Source of the DNA: Candidatus Poribacteria bacterium
Lineage (GTDB): Bacteria; Poribacteria; WGA-4E; WGA-3G
Length of the DNA stretch: 64,000 nucleotides
Direction of reading: 5' to 3'
NCBI GenBank assembly: GCA_965205015.1
Contig: OZ242029.1
Location: 864,001 to 928,000 of the forward strand
The notes under the pieces are model-generated. The model ran no database searches, was not told the origin of the DNA, and was given only the letters and a program-made list of their open reading frames with translations. Positions 28,142 to 36,574 of this stretch are shown one piece after another (positions within the stretch are counted from its first letter, which is position 1; each line of letters opens with the position of its first letter). Made by a program: the position numbers and the translations under genes.

Positions 28142-28263
28142 GCAAAAAATGAACGCTTTGGTCCTTTCCAAGAGGGCGAGACTGTATCCCAAAGCTAAAG
28201 CATTGGGTTTTCGTCTCGGAAGTTTAGATAAAAAGTTATTTAGCACCAGTCGTAGGTTTAATT

Positions 28264-28293
28264 TGACTTTATTCGCTGAAATATCGTATAATT
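28264..28293 (+). promoter_or_regulatory. Sigma70 promoter
   Basis: TTGACT-18 nt-TATAAT upstream of the poly-C ORF and the 28785 gene. Confidence 0.6.
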
Positions 28294-28784
28294 AACGTGA
28301 ATTCGACAATAAAAAGCCCTATAGACATCCGTTGCATCAATAGGAGCATCTTTATAGCATGAACACCCGACCCCTCAATACGGATTTCTCATTACAAAGT
28401 CTTGCGGTCCCGAGCTGGGATGTCCTACCATGCTTTGCTGTGTGTAATCTGCGCGCATCATCTATACGCCCTGAGATGTTACAACAAGATATAACCATCA
28501 CCCCCCCCCACTTTACGCGAGTTAAGTAAACCTTACCTAAACAACTTATTGCTGCAATGTGCACAAGGACCCTCTTCCTTCGCGCCGCGTAGTCCCCCTA
28601 ATGCCGCCCCTTGGACATTCTTCACATACAGATGTCCTCAAGGGCTATTTCTGTTCTGCAAGCATTTTTCGCAGCTGCCTGTCCGTCCTACCGGAGCATA
28701 TTCACTCCTGCTACCGCTGGCACAGGCCCCACACTCCCTCACAGGGCGAACGTGCCACAATTAGATGAATACAAAAGGAGAAAC

Positions 28785-29138
28785 ATGAGAGACAAAATTA
28801 TTTTTTTCATACTCGGTGCTTTACTCGCAACACTCGCATATTCCGCAGGTGGTATCCAACTTTCTGCTGACGATGATATAACCCTTTTTGAAAAGTTACT
28901 TGTCAAAGACCTTTTGATTACAGACTCCCTTCAAATCGGAGTCAAAGATTCAAACCTCAGAATTCTCATAAGAAAGACAGAAGATTATGCTGCCATCATC
29001 TTGCAAAATCAAGAAAACGACGAACGTATCACACTTAACGTTTCCAAAGACACTGGACCATTTATTGGGATTCGAAACAAGCATAAGAAAACGCGATTTA
29101 TGGATGCCAACAGCGTCAATCGTATACACCAAGAGTAA
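28785..29138 (+). CDS. Hypothetical secreted or membrane-anchored protein
   Basis: AAGGAG RBS then ATG. MRDKIIFFILGALLATLAYSAG is signal-like; 117 aa. Confidence 0.7.
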   Translation: MRDKIIFFILGALLATLAYSAGGIQLSADDDITLFEKLLVKDLLITDSLQIGVKDSNLRILIRKTEDYAAIILQNQENDERITLNVSKDTGPFIGIRNKHKKTRFMDANSVNRIHQE

Positions 29139-29168
29139 ACAGCAAAAATTCAGAGGTCATAAGAACCT

Positions 29169-29933
29169 TTACGTATCACTATCAGGGATCTCTGGCCAAT
29201 TGTGTTCCGGTGAATATCCTAAATCCGCTTCCGCGGGTCGCCACGCGAAACGGGAATCCGCACGACCCGCGACAGCATTATAAGAACCATACCGGACTGT
29301 CTCTGTCTCAATCGCGCGAGCAACACACTGCGCAACATCTCTCGGATCCACGTAAACGAACCAAGGATCTGTCACAATATCAGGAGCCGTCGGACCGGGA
29401 TTCTGTCCGTCGCCATCTATAACACCCGGACGGACATGAATCACGTCCAATCCATGCGCTTGATGATACGCCGCTCCGATCTGTTCACCGAGATACTTCG
29501 CCAGCGCGTAGTAAAGATCTCCCGGACCGAATTGGAAGTCATCGTCCACCTTGTAAGGCAATTCAGCACTTGGGGCAGGTGGACACGCCGAAATACTTGA
29601 GATGTTCACCAATTTTTTGACGCCTTGCTTCACACAGGCTTCCGCGACGTTCCATGTCCCTTTCACCATAACATCCGCAAATAGCGAAGCCGGTTTATCA
29701 GACCGTCCCCGTACCAGCGCAACAAGATGGACGACAGCGTCTTGATCCGTACACGCTGCCTCGATTTCAGCAGCATCCGTCACATCCGCCTTGATAAAAT
29801 TCGTGCCTGAAACCGTCCGATCCAGTTCAACAATATCAGTGAGCGTAAGGTCATACTCACCACGCAACCGATCAATGATAAACTGCGCCAGATATCCATT
29901 CGCACCCGTAATCAAAATCTTTTCAATCGACAT
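29169..29933 (-). CDS. NAD-dependent epimerase/dehydratase (extended SDR)
   Basis: ILITGANGYLA, VVHLVA, SS, YALAK (YxxxK), VDPRDVAQ. Confidence 0.88.
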   Translation of the reverse strand: MSIEKILITGANGYLAQFIIDRLRGEYDLTLTDIVELDRTVSGTNFIKADVTDAAEIEAACTDQDAVVHLVALVRGRSDKPASLFADVMVKGTWNVAEACVKQGVKKLVNISSISACPPAPSAELPYKVDDDFQFGPGDLYYALAKYLGEQIGAAYHQAHGLDVIHVRPGVIDGDGQNPGPTAPDIVTDPWFVYVDPRDVAQCVARAIETETVRYGSYNAVAGRADSRFAWRPAEADLGYSPEHNWPEIPDSDT

Positions 29934-29984
29934 TGGTTTTCCTTAAAGGTAGTAGGCACACGCCGCTGTGCCGTAACAAGGCAT

Positions 29985-30326
29985 TTACGCGAAAGAGGCT
30001 TCCGTTTCATAGAGTGTCTCATTGAAGCCAACAAAGAAAACATTTCCGCTTTGTATCGTCGGCGCCCGGAGGCTACCGCTCCGCCCCATTACCACTTTTA
30101 GGATCGATTCCTGTGTGTCTTCGGTCGGCACGAAGGTTTCCACACGCTTCCCTTTCGCAACAACGATTCGCTCCGCACTGCCCATTAAATCCCATACCGC
30201 CGTTGCATCCATTCGCTCTTTCCGGGCATCAGTCCGACTTTCTGGCTGTAATTCGTGTTCGTCAAGAAACTCTTGAACCTTTTTACACGAGGTTCAGCTA
30301 CTCCGAGAATAAATCCAATCTATCAT
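29985..30326 (-). CDS. ArsC-family (thioredoxin-fold) selenoprotein, UxxC
   Basis: ATG at 30326 gives MIDWIYSRSS-UGA-TSCKKVQEFL..., in frame with the downstream GRSGSLRAPT...VGFN ORF. A SECIS-like hairpin follows the UGA, and selA is in the window. Confidence 0.85.
30252..30290 (-). promoter_or_regulatory. Putative bacterial SECIS element
   Basis: After UGA: lower stem UCGUGU/ACACGA, upper stem UCAAGA/UCUUGA, apical loop GUU. Confidence 0.65.
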
Positions 30327-30346
30327 TTTTTAATTTTCCTTTTACC

Positions 30347-31354
30347 TTATAGGTCCCCAACGTTAATAAATCTGCCGGTATCACGACTCTGGACGGCTGC
30401 ATCAATTAGGGCGAGTGTCTCCATTGCATCGGCGAATGACGAGCGAATCAGTGTCCTGTCACCTGTTTCAATGGCACGCAACCATGCGCCGGATTTATCC
30501 AATCCCAGACTGTTTTCGGAAACCCCCGGTTCATTGACAACCTCACCGTTAAGGTATCCACGGATAACGTTATCCGTCATCTTCGCGTGCAATCGCAGAT
30601 GCGGTCCGACGACTTCAACCTCAAAACTAAATCCCTCGGTCCCACAATGATTCATGTGTGTTCCAAAAACGCCGTTGTCCAATTGATAGGTCATTTGAAT
30701 GGCATTTTCGGCATCGAATTCCGTGCGTTCTAATGCCATGTTCTTAGCGGCGAGGGCGTGTGCTTGCACCGGTTTCGGATTTCCCATTACAAAACGTGCA
30801 CAATCCAGCACATGCACCGCTTGTTCCGGCAAGGGACCCCCGCTGATCTCATATTGTAGAAACCAAGGCGACATCCGGAAACTTAGGTAATAATCAACAG
30901 TACACACCGTCCGGACGAGGTGGACCGTTTCCGAAGCGATTAACACCTTCAGTCGTTCATAGAGCGGATGGTAGCGAAGTTGGAACCCAACAGCGGAAAT
31001 GACATCCGCTTTCTCGATGCATGCAAGGCATTTTCTACCTTCAGCCATGTCCAAGGCGGGCGGTTTTTCAACCATCACAGGAATGCCGCGGTCGCACGCC
31101 ATTTGGATCGGTTCAAGACGGACAGGGGGTGGTGTCGTGATAACCACCCCGTCCATGTCCACATCGAAAAAGGCATCCAACGCCGTCGTCGCAAGTGCTG
31201 ATTCGGCATGCGCGGCGAGTTCGCGCGCTGCTTCAAGTCTCACATCATGGACGGCGACAACACGCGCACCGTAATTGGTCATCGCACCCTGATGATGCCT
31301 TCCCATACTACCAGCACCAATAATGCCTATTGCTAACGGTTTTTGAGAGCTCAT
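30347..31354 (-). CDS. Gfo/Idh/MocA family oxidoreductase
   Basis: IIGAGSMG, EKP, VGFQLRY, SGGP..EQAVHVLD. Confidence 0.9.
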   Translation of the reverse strand: MSSQKPLAIGIIGAGSMGRHHQGAMTNYGARVVAVHDVRLEAARELAAHAESALATTALDAFFDVDMDGVVITTPPPVRLEPIQMACDRGIPVMVEKPPALDMAEGRKCLACIEKADVISAVGFQLRYHPLYERLKVLIASETVHLVRTVCTVDYYLSFRMSPWFLQYEISGGPLPEQAVHVLDCARFVMGNPKPVQAHALAAKNMALERTEFDAENAIQMTYQLDNGVFGTHMNHCGTEGFSFEVEVVGPHLRLHAKMTDNVIRGYLNGEVVNEPGVSENSLGLDKSGAWLRAIETGDRTLIRSSFADAMETLALIDAAVQSRDTGRFINVGDL

Positions 31355-31360
31355 TGTATT

Positions 31361-32599
31361 GTCAAACTACCCAAGCCTAAAGACTTGGGCTTGCCTTAAA
31401 CAACAACTGTGTTGCGTTTTGCAAGCCCGCGTCTCGTGCTTCGTTGGTGTTTCTCGCTTCACAGAGAGTGGTAACCCACTGCTCTCCACGAAGGACAGTA
31501 GCTGCCCTGAGAAGTATGTTTATCGCAGCGTTGTGGTCCCAGTCTAACGAAGTGCCACAAAAACTACAGTGAAAGGTGCGTATCGCTAAAGAGAGTTTCT
31601 TTGGCGACTTCTTGCCACAAGCCAAGCATGTTTGCGAAGTGTTCTTGGGATCAACTTGGTGGAAATGCAGACCGTCTCTTTCGGCTATGTCTGCACACCA
31701 TTTAAAGAAGATACCCCAAGAGGCATCCGAAATGCTCTTGCTGAGGTGTTTATTCTTTACCATATTAGACGTGCTTAACTCCTCTGCCACTAAAACATTG
31801 TTTTCTTTATGATGATAGAGTTTATAGACGAGTTTGCCGATAAAGTCTTTGCGTTTGTTCGCGGTTCGCTCATGGTGTAAAGCGAGGGTGTGTTGGTGTT
31901 TCTTTCTTCGGTGGCTCCCTAACTTTTTACGCGATAGGTCTTTCGAGTGTTTTCGGAGCAAACCTTCTGCTTGGCGATACCAGCGCGGGTTATCTTCCTT
32001 TTCGCCTTCGGAAGTCGTTAGGTAGTGTGTCGTGCCAACATCAACAGCGACCGCAGCCCTCGGTTCAACTTTCGCAGTATCGGGGAGTTCACAGGTAATA
32101 TGAGCATACCAGCCACTTGCTTTTTTCACGAGTGTCACTTCTTTCGGATCGCCTTCAAGCGGGCGGTGCATGTATATCTTGACTTCACCCAGCTTTGGTA
32201 CTTTCAAACGGTCGTGTTTCCATGGGGTTTCTCGGATAGGATTCTCGCGAACGCGTATCGTCTGTTTTTCAGCATCTTTGGTCTTTCGACGAACCACTTT
32301 CGTATATTTGCGAAGACTCCACGTCAGAGAACGCACACGCTTTTTGTAGCGAGGATACCCTTTTTTCGCAGCGTTTTCTTTACAACGTTTGCGGAAGGCA
32401 GTAAAGGCTTTATCGTTTCTTCGCAGGGCGTGGTTTTGGAAATCTTGTGGCACTTCTCGGAAGTCATCATATTTTTCACGAGCTTGCGTGAGAAGCGTCT
32501 GCTGGTCAGAGAGCGAAACAAAGGTTTCCCCTTCCGTTCCAAGAGGGCGGTTTTTCCTCCCAAAGCTAAAGCATTGGGATTCCAAAACCGATTATTCCC
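31361..32599 (-). mobile_element. Non-autonomous IS200/IS605 element (internally deleted), element 2
   Basis: Right-end hairpin 31370-31389 with guide CAAG and end TGAC. Left-end hairpin 32559-32578, identical to element 1, with guide GAAT and target TCAA. Confidence 0.85.
31377..32585 (-). pseudogene. tnpB: N-terminally truncated TnpB
   Basis: AVDVG, VAEEL, CLAC/CSFC, DWDHNAAINI. The N-terminal region and promoter are missing, and the ORF runs into the left-end hairpin. Confidence 0.7.
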
Positions 32600-32724
32600 T
32601 TGAGATGTCCCCACGTTACCGCGAGTTTCCTTTTTATCCCCTTGCTACGGAGTAACGCTTGTCTTTTGTAGGCACAATTTTGGCATTAGCGAAATGCCCT
32701 AAACTCTGCCTACAACCGATGAGG

Positions 32725-33438
32725 TTATTCTGTCTTAATCTCTGCCCACGTTGTAGCAGCCTTCCCGTCCGGTTCAACAGCCATCGGGTCTTTGCCGCCG
32801 TAAATCTCGATTTCATCAACGCGAGCCCCGCCATTCGTGCGAATATGAAGACGTAACCACCGCGCCTCTACATCCTTGAAGGTAAACTCAGTCGTTTCAC
32901 TCACCGGATCACCCTTGTGCGTATAAACCTTCGTCCATGAGTTTGCATCGGAGTTTGGATCCGCTTTCGAGGTCGCGACCAGGATATCAAAGTCAGCAGT
33001 TGTCCTATCGAGAAACCCCTGCGAATGATCGCTACCGAAGTAGATGCGGTTCACATTGGCAACATCCCCTATATCGATCTGTGCCCAACCGGGTATCGCG
33101 CCGATGATCCAACTCCGGCAGTTGTTGTAAAAACCGTCGTTGAGGTATTCAACACAGTGTCTGCGCGGACACCATCCCTCGAGCTGCGAAGAGGCTTCCG
33201 GTTTCGCATCCTTGAGGAGTGCCAAATTGGGTTCCTTGTCCCGAACCGTCGGCACAAATTCAGGTCCCGGCTTGCCCCCAGCGTCACATTCATCTGTTGC
33301 TGCTTTTTGGTCCTGCTTCTTAAACTCGTAACGCCCGAACTTTTCAGGTCCTTGCGCTTCGTCATGCACTGCAAAGACAGTAAACGTGCTTATGAGCATC
33401 ACTGCTATCACAAGCCACCAATACTTCGTCCATCTCAT
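32725..33438 (-). CDS. Secreted discoidin / F5-8-type (galactose-binding fold) protein
   Basis: GGAGG RBS, signal peptide, NLAL...ASS...LNDG, WAQIDIG, ARWLRL...EIEIY, C-terminal AVEPDGKAATTWAEIK. Confidence 0.75.
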   Translation of the reverse strand: MRWTKYWWLVIAVMLISTFTVFAVHDEAQGPEKFGRYEFKKQDQKAATDECDAGGKPGPEFVPTVRDKEPNLALLKDAKPEASSQLEGWCPRRHCVEYLNDGFYNNCRSWIIGAIPGWAQIDIGDVANVNRIYFGSDHSQGFLDRTTADFDILVATSKADPNSDANSWTKVYTHKGDPVSETTEFTFKDVEARWLRLHIRTNGGARVDEIEIYGGKDPMAVEPDGKAATTWAEIKTE

Positions 33439-33585
33439 TGTAGATTCCTCCGTTTTCAAGGTAGTCTTTAACATCATATTAGCACAAGTGAAAAATTGTT
33501 TCAAGAAAACGGTTATCTCTTGACTTTTTTTTTCTCTGTTGCTATCTTAAGATTGTATTCACCGTTTAGACATTTTCAATTTTTG

Positions 33586-33614
33586 TTGACACCTGTAAAG
33601 ATGTCGCTTATAAT
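33586..33614 (+). promoter_or_regulatory. Consensus sigma70 promoter
   Basis: TTGACA-17 nt-TATAAT. Confidence 0.8.
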
Positions 33615-33635
33615 TCTACCGTAAAGGATCGAAAT

Positions 33636-34385
33636 TTGAAACAGCATGCTATTTTTTGGTTATTCCCTCTCACTTTGATATACGTTTCAGCAGTTTGCGA
33701 TGCCCAAGAGTTGGTGCTGCATCTCTCTTTTGAGGCGTTAGATGGAAAGGTTGCAAAGGACCGTTCGGAATTTGGTAACGATGCAACCTTCAAAGGTTCT
33801 CCAAAACTCATTGAAGGTGTTTTCGGAAAAGCATTGGAGTTCGACGGAAAAACTTCCGGACAAATTCCCGATCATGCCAGCCTTGATATTGTCGATGGCA
33901 TCACCATCGAATTCTGGGCGATTGTCAAAGGGGGTGAGGCAATCCAGAGCGGTGTCGAAAAAGGCGTCGCTTGGGTTTCTGGCTTGTATAATCTCGCAGC
34001 GCTTTACAACGGCGGAACAATCCTTCAATTTTTTGACTTACCAGATGCCTGTAACGATGAGAACATCGGTCCCAGTATTCAGGATGACGAGTGGCATTTT
34101 CTCGCAGGAACATGGGACGGAAAAACAATTCTGCTCTACATCGACGGCGAACTGGAAGCGGAAATGGCGTGTAAAGGTGAACTAACGCCGAACAACGATC
34201 CCCTCTTCATCGGCGCACGTGGCGGAAGTGGACGCTTTCTCACCGGAGCCTTGGATGAAATCAAAATGTATAATTACGCCTTAACCCAAGAGGAACTGCT
34301 TAAGGATATGGAGGCACCTGTTACGTTGCCTGTCAACGTACAGGATCAATTGACTACCGTCTGGGCACGCCTCAAAACCGACTAA
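33636..34385 (+). CDS. Secreted LamG-like jellyroll protein
   Basis: LHLSFE, GVFGKALEFDG, WHFLAGTWDG, LYIDG, GALDEIKMYN, C-terminal PVNVQDQLTTVWARLK. Confidence 0.85.
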   Translation: MKQHAIFWLFPLTLIYVSAVCDAQELVLHLSFEALDGKVAKDRSEFGNDATFKGSPKLIEGVFGKALEFDGKTSGQIPDHASLDIVDGITIEFWAIVKGGEAIQSGVEKGVAWVSGLYNLAALYNGGTILQFFDLPDACNDENIGPSIQDDEWHFLAGTWDGKTILLYIDGELEAEMACKGELTPNNDPLFIGARGGSGRFLTGALDEIKMYNYALTQEELLKDMEAPVTLPVNVQDQLTTVWARLKTD

Positions 34386-34407
34386 TCATCGCAACACAGG
34401 AGGTTTG

Positions 34408-35013
34408 ATGAAAGCGACACGCTATTTTTTGGCACAATTTACAAGCCAAAATGTGCTTTATAAAAGTCCGACGTTTTTTCTTTTACTACTGACCCTCATC
34501 GGTTGCGCGCTTCCCTTCAGCCAGAACCTAACGCTTGAAGAACAGGTCGCAGTCGTCACAACCGACAAAGGTCTATTCGTGCTTGAGTTCTACCCCGATG
34601 CTGCCCCCGTGGCAGTGGACAACTTCATTAAGTTGATTAACCAGAAGTTTTACGACGGCTTAACATTTCATCGGAAAGTTGATACCCGCGGCTTGAATAT
34701 TATTCAGGGCGGGTGTCCAAAAGGCGATGGAACAGGTGGTCCCGGTTGGACGATCACCGACGAGTACACACATCCGAACCAGCGTCCACACGTCAGAGGG
34801 ACGTTGGCAATGGCTCGGACGTCCGAACCCAATTCATCCGGGAGCCAATTCTATATCTGCTTGAAACCCCAACCCCATCTTGACGGAGACTACACTACCT
34901 TCGGGGGTGTAATTCAAGGGATGGATATCGTCGATCAACTATCAATGGGCGATGTCATGACAAAAATCCAATTGGAGGCGAAGTCAAAATATGTTAAGGC
35001 AACAGCAGAATAA
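34408..35013 (+). CDS. Cyclophilin-type peptidyl-prolyl isomerase (lipoprotein)
   Basis: FYDGLTFHR, IIQGG, GTGGPG, GTLAMAR, SGSQFYI, HLDGDYTTFG. Lipobox-like LIGC. Confidence 0.92.
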   Translation: MKATRYFLAQFTSQNVLYKSPTFFLLLLTLIGCALPFSQNLTLEEQVAVVTTDKGLFVLEFYPDAAPVAVDNFIKLINQKFYDGLTFHRKVDTRGLNIIQGGCPKGDGTGGPGWTITDEYTHPNQRPHVRGTLAMARTSEPNSSGSQFYICLKPQPHLDGDYTTFGGVIQGMDIVDQLSMGDVMTKIQLEAKSKYVKATAE

Positions 35014-35593
35014 GCAACATCGGCAGCTCGCATCCGCAGCACTCTTTATCTTAGCGACTTTCTTCGCTACTTTTGTGCTGAGTTGCGCACAAGAAGATAA
35101 GCCAGCCCCCGTCCCACGTGCCCGCCGCGCTGGCACAGGCACCGCAACAACCACTGCAAAACCGCAGATCGACCCTGCAACGGTCATCGCAGTCGTTGAA
35201 ACGGCAAAGGGTACCATTGAATTTGAATTTCTCGCAGCCGAAGCACCCGAAACTTCTAAGAACTTCATCAAAAACGCCCGGGTGATGTATTATAAGGGTG
35301 AGAAGTTTAATCGCGCAGAAGAACTCCTCGTCCAAGCAGGCTCAAAACTTGCCGCTGGAGATACACTCCCGATTGAGAACGGTTCGCAAGAGATGTCGAG
35401 AGGCGTTGTCGCTATGGCAAAAGAGGAAGGGGCAAGCGTTTCCTACGCATCCGAATTCTTTATCTGCCGAGGGGACGCGATCCTCGACAGTGATTACACC
35501 ATTTTCGGAAAAGTCATCAGTGGAATGGACGTGGTTGACAGCATCGTCGTCGATGACATCATTACGAACATCACCATCCGAGACAAAGAATAG
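34991..35593 (+). CDS. Divergent cyclophilin-like protein (lipoprotein)
   Basis: ETAKGTI, APETSKNF, GVVAMAK, SEFFI, YTIFGKVISGMDVVD. Lipobox-like VLSC. Confidence 0.8.
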   Translation: MLRQQQNKQHRQLASAALFILATFFATFVLSCAQEDKPAPVPRARRAGTGTATTTAKPQIDPATVIAVVETAKGTIEFEFLAAEAPETSKNFIKNARVMYYKGEKFNRAEELLVQAGSKLAAGDTLPIENGSQEMSRGVVAMAKEEGASVSYASEFFICRGDAILDSDYTIFGKVISGMDVVDSIVVDDIITNITIRDKE

Positions 35594-35655
35594 CAATCAG
35601 TAGTCGGCAATCGGCAGTCGGTTTCCGACTGCCGACTGCCAATATGGAGGCATCT

Positions 35656-36027
35656 ATGGCATTAACAGTTATCCGCACGGCTCGCCCAAGTCCCGTTTGG
35701 CAGGAAAGTTACGTGCGCGTTGAAAAAGGGCAACGACTCATTATCGATGCGGAGGGCGCATGGTCTCCGGATTTGCAAAATCGGATCGGATGGTGCGGCG
35801 CTGACGGTGTTCCCAAGACACCGGGTTCCAGCGATTACCTGCTTCCCGGTACGAATATTGGGGCACTCATCGCTCAGATCGGAGATGTTACCTTCGCTGT
35901 CGGTTCACGCTACGACAATCCCGCCCCCGCTGACGGTGTTATTTTCCTCGCAATGAACGAAAGTCCAAACAACAATAACCAGGCAGGGAGCTTACTCGCA
36001 CAAATTATCATCTTTGATGACGAATAG
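35656..36027 (+). CDS. PA-IL/LecA-like lectin-fold protein
   Basis: WQES..V..GQ...I.AEGAWS, GALIAQIG, GVIFLAMNE..NNQAGSL resemble LecA-family motifs. GGAGG RBS. Confidence 0.55.
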   Translation: MALTVIRTARPSPVWQESYVRVEKGQRLIIDAEGAWSPDLQNRIGWCGADGVPKTPGSSDYLLPGTNIGALIAQIGDVTFAVGSRYDNPAPADGVIFLAMNESPNNNNQAGSLLAQIIIFDDE

Positions 36028-36087
36028 GAAAATTTTCCTACAAATATTGACTGCCTCTACTGGGCGAATCGGAACCAGGAGCAATAT

Positions 36088-36453
36088 ATGGACAACACCA
36101 CGGTTCAGGAGGAAGCGCAACAAATTCCCCCTGTCGATTTTATCGGTTATCTTGCCAACCTTGTAGAAACAGGACGGCTCTACTTAGAGGGCATCCCGAA
36201 TCCCGAAACGGACGAGGTTGTTACAAACCTTCCGCTCGTGAAACATATTATTGATACGATTGAGATGCTTGAGGAAAAAACGAAGGGAAACCTTACTGCC
36301 CCAGAAGCCAACTTCTTGGCAAATACCCTCTATGAACTCAGAATGGGCTACGTCCGTGCCATCAATAGACAAGAAACCGCCACACAGGCAGAAACACCAA
36401 CTGAGGAAACCGAAGAAGAGGTCTCCACTGAAAAAACCGAGGATTCGTCTTAA
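36088..36453 (+). CDS. DUF1844-like protein
   Basis: G.PNP...NLP.VKHIID.IEMLEEKTKGNLT..E...L...LYELRM.YV. Confidence 0.8.
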   Translation: MDNTTVQEEAQQIPPVDFIGYLANLVETGRLYLEGIPNPETDEVVTNLPLVKHIIDTIEMLEEKTKGNLTAPEANFLANTLYELRMGYVRAINRQETATQAETPTEETEEEVSTEKTEDSS

Positions 36454-36574
36454 CTGAAGACGCAACAATCACCGAGACAAACGATCCACCACATAAGTCC
36501 CAACACTGTTTATTTTCATGAATTGTCTGCCACAAATCGGGTTAACTCTGTTAAACCTTCGAGGAGAATCAATT

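Larger units (their letters stand above)
26761..28227 (-). mobile_element. Non-autonomous IS200/IS605 element (tnpB only), element 1
   Basis: Right-end hairpin CCCAAGTC-TAAA-GACTTGGG (26769-26788) with guide GAAG and end TCAC. Left-end hairpin 28188-28207 with guide AAAA and adjacent target TTAT (guides, end and target read on the minus strand). No tnpA. Confidence 0.85.

Noticed and set aside
27785-28198. Plus-strand ORF near the element 1 left end as tnpA
   Set aside because: No HUH or catalytic Tyr motif; it is mostly antisense to tnpB and its leader.
6227-35643. Short repeated units as a CRISPR array
   Set aside because: Units are 7 nt, degenerate and dispersed, with no constant repeat-spacer period and no cas genes.
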